From the IMG/VR virus record IMGVR_UViG_3300044568_004364: a DNA stretch of 64,000 bases. One strand, 5' to 3'. Shown here piece by piece: positions 45,583 through 56,045 of the stretch; position 1 is the stretch's first letter; every line of letters begins with the position of its first letter. This DNA comes from a virus. The notes beneath the pieces are model-generated. The model was given only the letters and a program-made list of their open reading frames with translations. It had not been told where the DNA came from and ran no database searches. Position numbers and translations under genes: made by a program.

Positions 45583-46509
45583 TTAAATTGGTTCTCCAAA
45601 CGGATTGCTTTCGCTAAAGTCAATAAAGTTTGCGCTCTCAATCTCAAAGGAACTGTTTTGTGTTTGCAGGTCATTTTCATTTAGCACATCGTCACCGTCA
45701 AGTAGTCCGATAATCTCGTCAGCCGTTGATGTAGTGTTACTTGTTTGGCCGGTAAAGACTGTGCCCTCAACAAGAGTATGAAACTCGCCATCATCAAATG
45801 TAAGAGTACCTACACTTAATATTGTACCATCAGCGGTATGTTCATAACTTAATGCTTCTGCTTCGCCAGTGACACCAGATGGTAACTCTATAGTTAATGT
45901 TTCACCTAGTGTATGCATGTCTGTATCAAATGTTACAATTGCACGATATGTCTGACTACGACTTGTTTGTATATTATCAATTGCCGTTATACCAGTATCA
46001 ATCTTCTGTCCAGTATATTCAAATGCTTCACATGTTAGCTTAAATGTAGGATTAATACCACTGCCTCGCGCGCTTCCACCCAATGGGAATAATGGCAGCT
46101 TATCATTTACAAATTTAATTTCATATAATCCACCATAGACTGGAACATAAACAAGGTCACCTTCGCGTGGACGCACACTATTACTAGTATACCCATGACG
46201 GCCAATAAGTGCATTCCAACGTTTGCGGCTACACACCAATGTAAGTTGGGTACGAATCTCAAGGCCAAACTTAGTCATGAGATCGCCATCTCCTTCAAAG
46301 TCATCCACTGTTTCAACATACATTTCAATTGAAAAAGCTTTTTCAAATGATGAGATGATGTCTTCATTTAGGATAAAATCATGACCTAGCATTTTGCGAG
46401 GTATGTAAAATATATTATGCCCCATGATTTGCATAGACTCCACTAACAAATCTTCCAAAAGATTTTGTTCTGGCTTATATATTTGACTAAAGTAAACACT
46501 ACGTGGCAT
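45583..46509 (-). CDS. 14: Neck protein
   Basis: EQNLLEDL..ES, YIPR, IEMY, KFGLEIR, RPREGDL.Y, DFSESNPFG. Confidence 0.92.
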   Translation of the reverse strand: MPRSVYFSQIYKPEQNLLEDLLVESMQIMGHNIFYIPRKMLGHDFILNEDIISSFEKAFSIEMYVETVDDFEGDGDLMTKFGLEIRTQLTLVCSRKRWNALIGRHGYTSNSVRPREGDLVYVPVYGGLYEIKFVNDKLPLFPLGGSARGSGINPTFKLTCEAFEYTGQKIDTGITAIDNIQTSRSQTYRAIVTFDTDMHTLGETLTIELPSGVTGEAEALSYEHTADGTILSVGTLTFDDGEFHTLVEGTVFTGQTSNTTSTADEIIGLLDGDDVLNENDLQTQNSSFEIESANFIDFSESNPFGEPI

Positions 46510-46533
46510 AATATATTATTTATAGGTGTGAGA

Positions 46534-47280
46534 TTAACCACAGAAAAAATCCGGCGGCATTTGATATTTGCTATCAAAGTCAGTTTCAATCTTTTCAATA
46601 TCATTTAGCGCATCATCATAAATCGCGCGCCCGTTAATGGTTATACCACCTGGGAGCGTCATACCTTCAAATTTAATAAGGTTAATACCCCATTGCCGTT
46701 TGAGTAATGCTGTCAAATATTTCTTAAGCATCATATCATTGTATATGTCGGTAAACGTGTTAGGATCAATTGTCTGATAGCCTTCAATGATAATGTATTG
46801 TCCGATTTTTACAAACTCCTTCCAATTATCTTGAATAACTAATCTATTCATATGGCGAGTAAATATAATTTGCTGAGAGTTTCCAGTAAGTATCATTTCA
46901 ATACTACTCATATATTGTTTGGTCATTTCATAATTCACCAGTGACTCAGGATTACGTAAACCATACAAGTCATTTAGGAATAGCTGATACTTAACACTAA
47001 ACATATCAGCTGCATCACCACTAGCAAGGTTAAGTACTCTAAAGACACTAATAAGTTGGTCTGGCAGCGTGATATAATTATTATTATAATCTTGCTGTGT
47101 CACGGCATGTTTTACGAAGGTGCGTACAACGGCATCACTATGATATTCTTGATAAAATTGAATAGCTTCATCAACACGATCTTCAATCTGATCTTCATCA
47201 ATATTAATTTCAAGCACGGGTGCTCCCAATGCTCTTAAGCAATATTCTACGAGTTGCTGACGTGATGTCGGTTTTGCCAT
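46534..47280 (-). CDS. 13: Neck protein
   Basis: YCLRALGAPVLEIN...Q..DR.DEA, KRQWG.NL.KF.G..LPGG.T.NG. Confidence 0.93.
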   Translation of the reverse strand: MAKPTSRQQLVEYCLRALGAPVLEINIDEDQIEDRVDEAIQFYQEYHSDAVVRTFVKHAVTQQDYNNNYITLPDQLISVFRVLNLASGDAADMFSVKYQLFLNDLYGLRNPESLVNYEMTKQYMSSIEMILTGNSQQIIFTRHMNRLVIQDNWKEFVKIGQYIIIEGYQTIDPNTFTDIYNDMMLKKYLTALLKRQWGINLIKFEGMTLPGGITINGRAIYDDALNDIEKIETDFDSKYQMPPDFFCG

Positions 47281-47351
47281 ATATTATATTTATATCAAAC
47301 GAGAATCAATTCAAATTAATGACCAATGCAGCAACAAAGTATTGTTTACAT

Positions 47352-47672
47352 TTATGGCTTCTTGATGAATTTTTCAGGATTACGCTCAAAATGCTTTGCA
47401 ATTTTTATAATTCCACCAATAATTTCTGGCGAAATTACACCAATAATACCATATGTCATTGCTTTATATAGACTTGATATATCCGTCTGCTCTAATATAA
47501 ACCATGCAATAGCAGACGCAATAGCTGCGGACAATATATTCTTTAGCTGTTCCAAAATGGTGTATTTCTTTTTTGCTGTTAGTAAACGTGCAAGCATAGC
47601 AGCAGCACCAATGAGTGGTATGATCCATCCACCGTTAATGAATTCTCTTATTAAAGATTTTTCTGGTTCCAT
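47352..47672 (-). CDS. Three-TM membrane protein, holin-like
   Basis: 106 aa, three hydrophobic segments, basic C-terminus; TATAAATA at 47728-47735. Confidence 0.55.
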   Translation of the reverse strand: MEPEKSLIREFINGGWIIPLIGAAAMLARLLTAKKKYTILEQLKNILSAAIASAIAWFILEQTDISSLYKAMTYGIIGVISPEIIGGIIKIAKHFERNPEKFIKKP

Positions 47673-47747
47673 TATAGCTTTGTAGTGTAGTTTTCGTCAT
47701 GCTATAATAGTGTTTCAATATAAACTATATTTATACAAAACACAGTT

Positions 47748-48419
47748 TTATGAAATATAACCTTCAGCTTTTGCATGTAGGTAAAAGATTTCTTCATGAC
47801 ATAGTCTCATCCTATGACGTTCTAATATGGCATCAAGTGATGTGTTAAAGTCATGTGTTATCTTAGAGATAACACCGTACGAGCCTGCATAATAATTGTC
47901 AACACCACGAAGGTGGCGATAATATGTTGGATATTTTAATGATAACTCTTTATCATCTAGTGTCATCTTTAGCAAGTTTTTTACGGGCGTATAACATACG
48001 TCATGCGTAAACATATCATAGCGAGTATTCACGACACGTTCATATCCCTGCTTTGGAACTGCTTTTATTAACGCAGCTTTACCGGCCCACATGCGTTTCC
48101 ATGCTATAATTGGACACCGTGAAGTAACACCAGCAATGTCTCCTTCTAATCGCCCAAGTAATTTTAATTTAGAGTCATCTTGTATGATGATCTTCTTAAT
48201 GGTACAATCCTGAAAATAATCTACAAGATGACTTTCTTCAACAGCTGTTGCTGTGCTACGATCAAGTGTGCGATAAGAACTTTTTGCTTCCGTTTCAGCC
48301 CATGTATGCAGGTATATGTCAACATCAGCATACGCGCTAAGCTGACGTATATAATTATGCAGCGCACAATTTTTAAATCCATTGCGGATATGACCGCGTA
48401 TACAAAATGCTAGTTTCAT
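47748..48419 (-). CDS. Putative glycosyltransferase-related protein, paralog A
   Basis: MKLAF.IRGHIR, DIYLHTW, WKRMWAGK, Y.RVVNTRYD shared with the next gene. Confidence 0.55.
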   Translation of the reverse strand: MKLAFCIRGHIRNGFKNCALHNYIRQLSAYADVDIYLHTWAETEAKSSYRTLDRSTATAVEESHLVDYFQDCTIKKIIIQDDSKLKLLGRLEGDIAGVTSRCPIIAWKRMWAGKAALIKAVPKQGYERVVNTRYDMFTHDVCYTPVKNLLKMTLDDKELSLKYPTYYRHLRGVDNYYAGSYGVISKITHDFNTSLDAILERHRMRLCHEEIFYLHAKAEGYIS

Positions 48420-49090
48420 GTGTAATTTTTAATGCCATGGCGACATACCATTTCTTCTTGATGCACCACATCGGAATATATTTCAGATATAGCGTCAAGA
48501 CTAGTGTGAAAGTCAGATGCTAACTGCAACATTGCATGCGAGCTGCCAACATAATAATTATCAATTCCAACCATACCACCGTTTTGACATAAAGGATAAC
48601 GAAAAGCTAAATTTTGACTTTGCTTAGTGATCTTATTTAAGATTATATTAGGAGTTATGCATATTGGATTTGTGAACATATCATAACGAGTATTTACGAC
48701 ACGATCATAATTTTCGCCTCCATTGTCATATAAGTATTTTGCAATTGCAACCTTGCCAGCCCACATGCGTTTCCAAGCTATCTTAGGACACTTACTGCCC
48801 CCGACCAAACCATCAATGTCGCCTTTTAACTTTAATCTACTGTCATCTTGAACCATAACAGTTTTAACATCATACCCATTGAAATACGCACGCAATAATT
48901 CTGGTGTTACTTTAAAGATATGCGAACGATCCAATTCACGATACGAACTCTTTGCTTCGTTTTCAGTCCATGTTTGTAAGTATAGGTCAATTGTGTGGCC
49001 TTCATTGCTCAAATAATCTAGGTAAGATTTTAGCCCGCTGTTAAATAATCCGTCACGTATATGTCCTCGTATAATAAATGCTAATTTCAT
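48416..49090 (-). CDS. Putative glycosyltransferase-related protein, paralog B
   Basis: Tandem paralog of 47748-48419; ATGA-coupled to glf. Confidence 0.55.
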   Translation of the reverse strand: MKLAFIIRGHIRDGLFNSGLKSYLDYLSNEGHTIDLYLQTWTENEAKSSYRELDRSHIFKVTPELLRAYFNGYDVKTVMVQDDSRLKLKGDIDGLVGGSKCPKIAWKRMWAGKVAIAKYLYDNGGENYDRVVNTRYDMFTNPICITPNIILNKITKQSQNLAFRYPLCQNGGMVGIDNYYVGSSHAMLQLASDFHTSLDAISEIYSDVVHQEEMVCRHGIKNYT

Positions 49091-50085
49091 AGGTCTCGTA
49101 GCTTATTCATAACATGTTTCACTGCCATCCACATGTCTAAATATTTATATGTTGCAAGCCTACCCAGGAAAATTACATCCTTTTCAGCTTTAGCAAGAGT
49201 TTCATAACTGCGATATTTTTCTTGCCCATCACCCCATGGTATAGGATAAAAGGGTACATCGCCTGTGCCACATTCTTTAGGATATTCTTCAGTAATTACC
49301 GTAGGCCCAGCGTGCGCAGGATTAAAGTAACTATGATCATATACACGTGTATATTCCACTTCATTATTATTTTGATTCACTATAAATGTATCCTGACGCT
49401 CGCACAAGACGCGATGACGAAACTCCAGTGAACGATAAGGCAGCTCTCCGTACATATTATCATAATAAGAGTCAACCTTGCCTGTATAGATGATTAGGTC
49501 GCCATCAGCGCGTGATTGCCGCCATGCGTTCTCAGGAGAGTTAAGATGTACGTTGACACCGTCCAACATGCGAGCAAACATTGCAGAGTAGCCATCCTTT
49601 GGAACACATTGATACTTCTGTCCTTCAAACCAAGTAGGATCTTCACAATCCGCGGTCTTTGGTATACGATTTGTAATAGTCTTTGGTATCTCCTCAAACG
49701 GTACACCCCATTGCTTTTCACTATAGTCTTTAAAGATATATTCTACAATCTCTTCTTGTGTTAACTCACGACGCAATTGTTTAATTGTCTTTTGGCTATA
49801 CGGCAAAGAAATGCAGCCTAAACGAGTATTCCCTTGCGGCCGCAACTCAAACGGTGTCCATTCTGTATAACGGCTAAGAAACGAGTATACCTCTTCATCA
49901 TCTGTATGAAATATATGAGGGCCATACTGATGCACCAGTGTATTACAAATCAATCCATCAGCACAATTGCCACCAATGTGTGGACGCGTCTCAAAGACTT
50001 CAACGTTATAACCTTTCTCTTTTAATAGTACTGCTGCGGTGATACCTGAAAGTCCGCATCCTACTATTTTCACATCACATTTCAT
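49087..50085 (-). CDS. glf: UDP-galactopyranose mutase
   Basis: VGCGLSG, HIGGNC, H.YGPHIFHT, YSEKQWG, LPYRSL.F, PFYP, GRLATYKYLDM. Confidence 0.93.
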   Translation of the reverse strand: MKCDVKIVGCGLSGITAAVLLKEKGYNVEVFETRPHIGGNCADGLICNTLVHQYGPHIFHTDDEEVYSFLSRYTEWTPFELRPQGNTRLGCISLPYSQKTIKQLRRELTQEEIVEYIFKDYSEKQWGVPFEEIPKTITNRIPKTADCEDPTWFEGQKYQCVPKDGYSAMFARMLDGVNVHLNSPENAWRQSRADGDLIIYTGKVDSYYDNMYGELPYRSLEFRHRVLCERQDTFIVNQNNNEVEYTRVYDHSYFNPAHAGPTVITEEYPKECGTGDVPFYPIPWGDGQEKYRSYETLAKAEKDVIFLGRLATYKYLDMWMAVKHVMNKLRDL

Positions 50086-50126
50086 ATATTTAATTTATAC
50101 ATTTTTTTCACGATAAATAATTTACT

Positions 50127-50315
50127 ATGAGATTACAAGATAAAATATACATTAACAGTGAGTTTAAAAATATGCTATGGAATATGAACTGCGGACCTAT
50201 TGATTACATTACAATCTATCGCATTGAAGGACCAAAAGTTTTCTTTAGCGCAGGCAACGGACGGTTTCACGCCACGCCCGAAGAGATTGAGGGTTACCGC
50301 AAAGATGCACAATAA
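50127..50315 (+). CDS. Small hypothetical protein on the opposite strand
   Basis: 62 aa; GATAAATA late-like box just upstream; ends in a 28-bp palindrome. Confidence 0.5.
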   Translation: MRLQDKIYINSEFKNMLWNMNCGPIDYITIYRIEGPKVFFSAGNGRFHATPEEIEGYRKDAQ

Positions 50316-50331
50316 TTAATTATTGTGCATC
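50304..50331. repeat. Perfect 28-bp palindrome GATGCACAATAATTAATTATTGTGCATC
   Basis: Self reverse-complement; lies where convergent genes meet. Confidence 0.9.
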
Positions 50332-50364
50332 CGTTCATTTACGCCTAAGTGTAAATCTTTAAGC

Positions 50365-50796
50365 TTACAGATTAGGCTCAGCCATATCTGGTAATGGTGG
50401 CTCTGGATTTACAACCTCTCCAATTACTTGCGGCTCTTCGGCAATAATCTCTGGTTCGGGTGTCGCCACTACGGGTATGTTATAAGTAAACGTTAGAGAT
50501 TCGCTATCAAAACCATATCCTTCTGGCATTGTAACAGGCACACGCACAGTGTGTTTTGTTTTTGCCATTTGGTAATTAAGAGCAGTTCCAATTTCTGTAT
50601 TGGAAGTGAATCGTGCTAATGTTTTACTCACGTTTTCATTTAAAGATGCGATGATCATTTCAGGTTGTCTGCCCCAAAATAATCTATAGCATTCCTCTAA
50701 GGTTATTACAGCGTGGTAAATGCCTTTGATTGCTCGTTGTGTTAGGAATTTTTCATATTCCTGCGGTGTCATTTCTTCGTCTATTTGTTTGTTCAT
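50365..50796 (-). CDS. Hypothetical tail-fibre-associated protein, paralog 1
   Basis: Shares the AI..L......FW pattern and an identical C-terminus with 51037-51414; TATAAATA at 50826-50833. Confidence 0.6.
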   Translation of the reverse strand: MNKQIDEEMTPQEYEKFLTQRAIKGIYHAVITLEECYRLFWGRQPEMIIASLNENVSKTLARFTSNTEIGTALNYQMAKTKHTVRVPVTMPEGYGFDSESLTFTYNIPVVATPEPEIIAEEPQVIGEVVNPEPPLPDMAEPNL

Positions 50797-50940
50797 ATGT
50801 TTATAGTGAATTCTTTCTTTAAATTTATTTATAGTATTAGCGTGGGCATATTGTTATGTGGACACCACAGTTTCCAAGTTATTCGATTATGAAAATTAAG
50901 TTTGTTTAGGGTTGTAATATTGCAAAATAAGTTACTCATG

Positions 50941-51002
50941 TCATCGTAAAAATCCTGCATTTTCAAATCGAAGATAGTCAAAAAAGATAGCTCTTTGTGC
51001 AT
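50941..51002 (-). pseudogene. Orphan copy of the last ~20 codons of tail fibre 56046-59381
   Basis: Near-identical to 56046-56107; encodes AQRAIFFDYLRFENAGFLR-stop. Confidence 0.8.
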
Positions 51003-51036
51003 CCGTTCATTTACGCCTAAGTGTAAATCTTTAAGC

Positions 51037-51414
51037 TTACAGATTAGGCTCAGCCATATCTGGTAATGGTGGCTCGAAGCCTACAGGTTGTTTAAGTGTT
51101 ACTATTCCATCAACAATTTCAAACTCTTTTGCGGTAACTGCAATAGCTACGACACCTTCGCTATTTGCTCTGCTTTTAATTTCGTTTAACGCTTTAGCGC
51201 TATATTCATGATTAGCGAATAACGACAGCAATTGATCGTGGTCATATAGCTTTTGTAAAACTGCTGTCAATCTATCGTCTGGCAAACTCCAAAAAACTTG
51301 ATGAGAGTTATTAAGAGAATGTATAGCAGCATTGACTGCATTCAAAAATGTGGTAGCTGATGCTTCTATATTAGCAATGTCAATATCTATTTGTTGTTTT
51401 GTTATTAAGTTCAT
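51037..51414 (-). CDS. Hypothetical tail-fibre-associated protein, paralog 2
   Basis: 125 aa directly after the fibre gene. Confidence 0.6.
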   Translation of the reverse strand: MNLITKQQIDIDIANIEASATTFLNAVNAAIHSLNNSHQVFWSLPDDRLTAVLQKLYDHDQLLSLFANHEYSAKALNEIKSRANSEGVVAIAVTAKEFEIVDGIVTLKQPVGFEPPLPDMAEPNL

Positions 51415-51417
51415 ATG

Positions 51418-53892
51418 TTAAAATCTTAGTGAGTTCCAATTTGATGAAGCAGCAGAAGTTCCTGTTACTTTATAGTGTAGGTAATCTATGAAAAGTTGAG
51501 ATCTATTAGGTGCAGTATAAGTGAACCCTCCACTTTGTAAGCCTATCTCATTACTCGCGCCAGTAGTATGTAAGCTGGTTTTTCTAACCCACGTACTAAC
51601 AGTTGGATGAGTTGCTGTATTATAACTGTCTTGAAATAAAACAACATTGTCCCTAGTAATAATTATTGTTATAGTAGGTCCAACCGCTCGGTCAATCTTA
51701 TAAGTAATGTTGACCCATTTATTAATTAAGTCAGTGAAATTAAATCCAGTATCTAAGAAGTCAACATTTGCCGCAGTGGTTGTAAATGTAAATGGAGTTA
51801 CAGTAGTAGATTTGTTGACTCCTAGAACTAAATTAGTTGAATGTAGAAATGGATTAAATATTAAACCTCCTTGCAAGGTAGTATCAGGGCCACCTGTTCC
51901 TCCCTTTGGTATTGGTCCAATTTTAAAATATCCCTGAGTCGCGAAATCCGCACCATTTATGAATACACGAGATGTAAATTCATCTATTCTATTTGTTAAA
52001 CTATATGGTATAGTTGTTCTATTTATACCAATATAATAAGCTTGACTATTTGCTGTTGGTCCTCTAACAAGAAAAATACCACGATGAGCATATAAATCAT
52101 TATCACTAAAAGAAACAACTCCTGCACTACTTGCAGACCAAGTATCACCAAACACTGGACTCGCTCCAAACGTTGTTGCACCAGAAGCAGCAGCTATCGT
52201 AAGATCAGCATTATATTGATCATCAAAATCTAAAAATTGCTCCCATGTAGTTTGAACGAATGTGTTGTCGTCTGTTATTCTTTCGTTTCTGCTAGTATAC
52301 CTAGAATCAGCTAGCCCTTTTGTAATTATATCAGATGAAGCAACAGCTAATTGATTTGGTAATCTATTAGCAGTTCCATTGCCAACAATATTATTGGAGA
52401 ACGTCTTTAGACCAGCGATGGTTTGGTCGCCAGTTGTGTATACTAAATTGCTTGCAGTTACATTGCCGCTCGCGCTAACGTTTCCAGTCGCACTGATGTT
52501 TCCAGATACTGTCAGACGCTCAGATGGTGTAGGTGTTCCTATACCAACACTCCCAGTTGACACCGTTGTTCCTGTGCTACTTAGACCTGTCGCAAAGATC
52601 AAGTTTCCAAGCGACATGAAGTTGCTTGTCGTAGGTGTCGTTGCTTCAATAGCGTTGCCGATAAGTATGTTATTGCTGCCAGTTGTTAGAGCATAACCCG
52701 TATTATATCCCGCAATTATGTTATTGCTGCCTGTCGTAACAGAGTAACCAGCCTGCATTCCACTGACTGTATTTTGAGAACCTGTGGTGACTGCGTAGAG
52801 GGAATACTTACCTATAGCAGAATTGTTAGAATGGCTGTTAGATGCCACACCTAATCCAGACTGGAAACCTACAAAGGTGTTACTCCCACCAGTGGCGTTG
52901 CTATAACCAGAGTAAGCTCCTAGAGCAGTGTTAGCACTACCCGTTGTATTTTTATACCCTGCGAAGTTGCCTATGAAAACTCCATAAGAAGTGCCTGTTG
53001 TAAAGTAGCCAGAGTTTTCTCCTATTGCGGTTGTCGAAGCTACAGTAGCGGTTACTCCCCCTGTTAAAAGTGCCGAACTTCCTATAGCCGTGTTACTAGC
53101 TCCAGTTTGATTATATCGCAGCGCAGAGCTTCCAATCGCTACGTTACCACTACCCGTAGTGTTAGCATTACCCGCTTGATACCCGATGAACATGTTACTT
53201 CCACCGCTTGTAGTAGCTTGTCCAGCAGCAGCACCTACATAGGTATTTCTAATAGCTGTGGTCTGTGCGCTTCCAGCGTTAGTTCCTATAAGAACATTGT
53301 CATTACCAACGGTCAACGACAACCCTGCGTTAATACCCACTAGGGTATTTGCTGCGCCCTCATAATACACTGAGTTCGATAAAGACCTTCCTCCGTTACC
53401 TAACACCAATGAGCTTATGAAAGTAGCCTGATCTGGTAAGTAAACAACAGGTACGGTGTTTATGCTGAAAGTTCTGTTGTCTATAGACGATGTGCCAGCT
53501 ATGGATAATTTGTGAGATGGAGTAGCTGTTCCGATCCCGACATTGCCACCATTAGGTTGTAGATTAACATAGCTCGTTGTCCGTGTGGCATCTGTTGTGC
53601 CTTGCAAAGTCAGGTCATCGTTAGCTGCAATGCCGCCATTGATTTGTGCTATTGTCGGAGTCGTGATGGTTGGTGATGTCGCAAAAACCAAGCTACCCGT
53701 CCCTGTTTCATCTGTCACCGCCGCTAGTAAATTTGCACTTGTGGGAGTAGCTAAAAATGTCGCTACGTTTGTTCCTGGATTATAGTTAGTTGCATTGACT
53801 GGAACAGTCAATGCCACGCTTGCACCAGCATTAAGGTTTGCTAATGCTGCTCCAGTTTCTAGGGATCTTGATGTGATTTTAGTTGTTGCCAT
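51418..53892 (-). CDS. Tail fibre/adhesin with ~14-residue Gly/Asn beta-helix-like repeats
   Basis: GNVGIGT; N..G..AG...TTGS.N repeats; distinct C-terminal domain. Confidence 0.8.
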   Translation of the reverse strand: MATTKITSRSLETGAALANLNAGASVALTVPVNATNYNPGTNVATFLATPTSANLLAAVTDETGTGSLVFATSPTITTPTIAQINGGIAANDDLTLQGTTDATRTTSYVNLQPNGGNVGIGTATPSHKLSIAGTSSIDNRTFSINTVPVVYLPDQATFISSLVLGNGGRSLSNSVYYEGAANTLVGINAGLSLTVGNDNVLIGTNAGSAQTTAIRNTYVGAAAGQATTSGGSNMFIGYQAGNANTTGSGNVAIGSSALRYNQTGASNTAIGSSALLTGGVTATVASTTAIGENSGYFTTGTSYGVFIGNFAGYKNTTGSANTALGAYSGYSNATGGSNTFVGFQSGLGVASNSHSNNSAIGKYSLYAVTTGSQNTVSGMQAGYSVTTGSNNIIAGYNTGYALTTGSNNILIGNAIEATTPTTSNFMSLGNLIFATGLSSTGTTVSTGSVGIGTPTPSERLTVSGNISATGNVSASGNVTASNLVYTTGDQTIAGLKTFSNNIVGNGTANRLPNQLAVASSDIITKGLADSRYTSRNERITDDNTFVQTTWEQFLDFDDQYNADLTIAAASGATTFGASPVFGDTWSASSAGVVSFSDNDLYAHRGIFLVRGPTANSQAYYIGINRTTIPYSLTNRIDEFTSRVFINGADFATQGYFKIGPIPKGGTGGPDTTLQGGLIFNPFLHSTNLVLGVNKSTTVTPFTFTTTAANVDFLDTGFNFTDLINKWVNITYKIDRAVGPTITIIITRDNVVLFQDSYNTATHPTVSTWVRKTSLHTTGASNEIGLQSGGFTYTAPNRSQLFIDYLHYKVTGTSAASSNWNSLRF

Positions 53893-53894
53893 AT

Positions 53895-56018
53895 TTATAC
53901 TGTTTCTAATATATCGAGGATTTCAGCGGGTAAGATATTTGACTGACTAGCCCATGATTTAAGCATAACTGTATCTAAGTGTAGCGGTGCTGACTGAGCA
54001 GCAACACCATTTAGATTACGAACGGCTACGTAAGGAAATGAGCTTTGATTCGTAGGATTCCAGTTTGCTAAACTATACGTCCCTGCTAGTGTCAAATCGC
54101 CAGTAACTCCTCCGCTATATATCTTCAACGTAACCGTTGTGCTTGTTCCACCCGCCCTTTGTGCTGTATCAAATACTAAGGCATAGCGTGTGCCTGTTCC
54201 AGCAATATAAGAGCCAACCGCAGGAGTAGGCGCACCAGAAATAGCCCCCGTAGCTGTGCTAGTTGTAGTGTATGTTCCATTATTTGTAAAAAAGTTGAAT
54301 ACAGGGCTGGAGCCAGGGCTTGCCGTGTTATCTTGAAAAATTTGAACTAACCGTGCTACGTTGCCTGTCCTAAGCCCCATTCTTATATCAACATTTGTCA
54401 AATTGGGTACGCAAAATACATACATAAGTGTATAATTATCGTATCCAGCTACTGGTGCGCCAACACCAGAAGCAATATTGCTAAATAAAGCCCCACCCAA
54501 TGACAATTCTGAAATTGCATTAGCTGCTGTTCCATTAGCAACCAAAATCCATCCTTTAACTTTTGAGTTCCAATGAGTACCGCCCGCATTTGTAATTTGT
54601 ACCAATGCTCCTGCTGGAACTGCTGTACTTACACCGATAGTTGTTGACATTGATGAAGAATCAAAATCATAGATAATAATTGATGATTGTCTGGATATAC
54701 CATGGGGTAAATAGTATCTATCTAAATCTAATGAAGTCCGATGAGCAGCAGACGAAGCATTATCATATGTAAAGTTTCCATTGCTGATGGTTGGGGTTAC
54801 TATAGTTGGTGATGGAATACTTAACCCACTTGCTAATTTTGCACTTGTCACACTCCCATCTGATGGAATCATATCAAGCACTTGGACAGTATTTGTAGGA
54901 GATACCACAACTGCTTTTGCACCACTTGCTAATGGAGAAGTAAAGGTAATGTTTCCGCTGCCAACAGAGTAATCTACAGATGGTTCTTGTAGCGCACCAT
55001 CAATAGCGACAATGAGCGCAGAGGGGTTTGTAAGACTCCCCGCTCCACTGATCGCATATACACTCGTAGATCCGTTGCCAGTCAAAGTAGTTCGCACTGG
55101 ATCAACAAGATTTGCTTTAGCATCCAATGCACTCTGTGTTGCGGTGCTAACAGGTTTATTAAGGTCGCTTGTGTTATCAACATTATTAATGCTAAGCGCA
55201 GTACGATGGGCTGCCGCTGCGCCTGTCCCGTAGGTGTAGGATGTGGCGTTGAATGTCACTGCCGTACCAAATGTCGCAGAGTTGATCGTTGGCGATGTGC
55301 TAAAAACCAATGAGCCTGTTCCTGTTTCATCCGTGACAGCTGCCGCTAAGTTAGTGCTTGTAGGAGTTGCAAGAAATGTAGCAACATTGGCTGCTAGTCC
55401 AGCTGCAACTTCAATCCATGCACCATTGCTTCTTACATTTGGTTTATTTGTGGTCGTATTATAAATTTCAAGACCATTAGGAGGCGAAGAGATAGCATCT
55501 CGTTGCGTTTCTGTCATTCGAGGAGGCAAGAAACCTTTTGTTGTGCTAGTTATATCTAGCAATGCGGCGGCATTCGGCGATGTCGTGCCAATACCAACAC
55601 GCCCATCACCAAGAAGTGTCATAACTGTAGTGTCAGGGGTTACTGGCGATGCTGCGTTTCCTTGTAATAATGCTATGTCCAGTCGAGTATTGTTTACGTT
55701 CGAATTAGGATTAGACAACTTAAACGATGCTGCCGTATGAAATCCAACTCCAGGATTGTAAGGTCTTGATAGAACCAATACATCACTTACTGTTGTGGTT
55801 GTAGGACTACCAGCAACATCCAACTTACCTATTAAAGATGACGCTGTTCCAATACCAACCTTATCACCAGCTGCATCAACAAACAGTGTATTTGTATCAA
55901 CTGTTAAATTACCTGATACGCTTACAGGATTAGTGAATGCTATACTAGCACCAGCATTCAAGTTATTGAGTGCTGCATTATCGGCTAAGACTGATGATGT
56001 TGCTTTGGTTATTGCCAT
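53895..56018 (-). CDS. Tail fibre protein
   Basis: VDTNTLFVD, VGIGT, STTKGFLPPRMT, NVDNTSD.NKPVS, DGALQEP. Confidence 0.8.
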   Translation of the reverse strand: MAITKATSSVLADNAALNNLNAGASIAFTNPVSVSGNLTVDTNTLFVDAAGDKVGIGTASSLIGKLDVAGSPTTTTVSDVLVLSRPYNPGVGFHTAASFKLSNPNSNVNNTRLDIALLQGNAASPVTPDTTVMTLLGDGRVGIGTTSPNAAALLDITSTTKGFLPPRMTETQRDAISSPPNGLEIYNTTTNKPNVRSNGAWIEVAAGLAANVATFLATPTSTNLAAAVTDETGTGSLVFSTSPTINSATFGTAVTFNATSYTYGTGAAAAHRTALSINNVDNTSDLNKPVSTATQSALDAKANLVDPVRTTLTGNGSTSVYAISGAGSLTNPSALIVAIDGALQEPSVDYSVGSGNITFTSPLASGAKAVVVSPTNTVQVLDMIPSDGSVTSAKLASGLSIPSPTIVTPTISNGNFTYDNASSAAHRTSLDLDRYYLPHGISRQSSIIIYDFDSSSMSTTIGVSTAVPAGALVQITNAGGTHWNSKVKGWILVANGTAANAISELSLGGALFSNIASGVGAPVAGYDNYTLMYVFCVPNLTNVDIRMGLRTGNVARLVQIFQDNTASPGSSPVFNFFTNNGTYTTTSTATGAISGAPTPAVGSYIAGTGTRYALVFDTAQRAGGTSTTVTLKIYSGGVTGDLTLAGTYSLANWNPTNQSSFPYVAVRNLNGVAAQSAPLHLDTVMLKSWASQSNILPAEILDILETV

Positions 56019-56045
56019 TGTAAAAATTAAGTTTGTTAGTTTCCA

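Larger units (their letters stand above)
50323..51075. repeat. Exact 81-bp direct repeat (50323-50403 and 50995-51075)
   Basis: Encodes EPPLPDMAEPNL-stop plus the 3' UTR in both copies. Confidence 0.9.

Noticed and set aside
53892-53899. TATAAATA match at the start of the 824-aa fibre gene
   Set aside because: It overlaps the ATG itself, so it cannot produce an mRNA containing that start codon.
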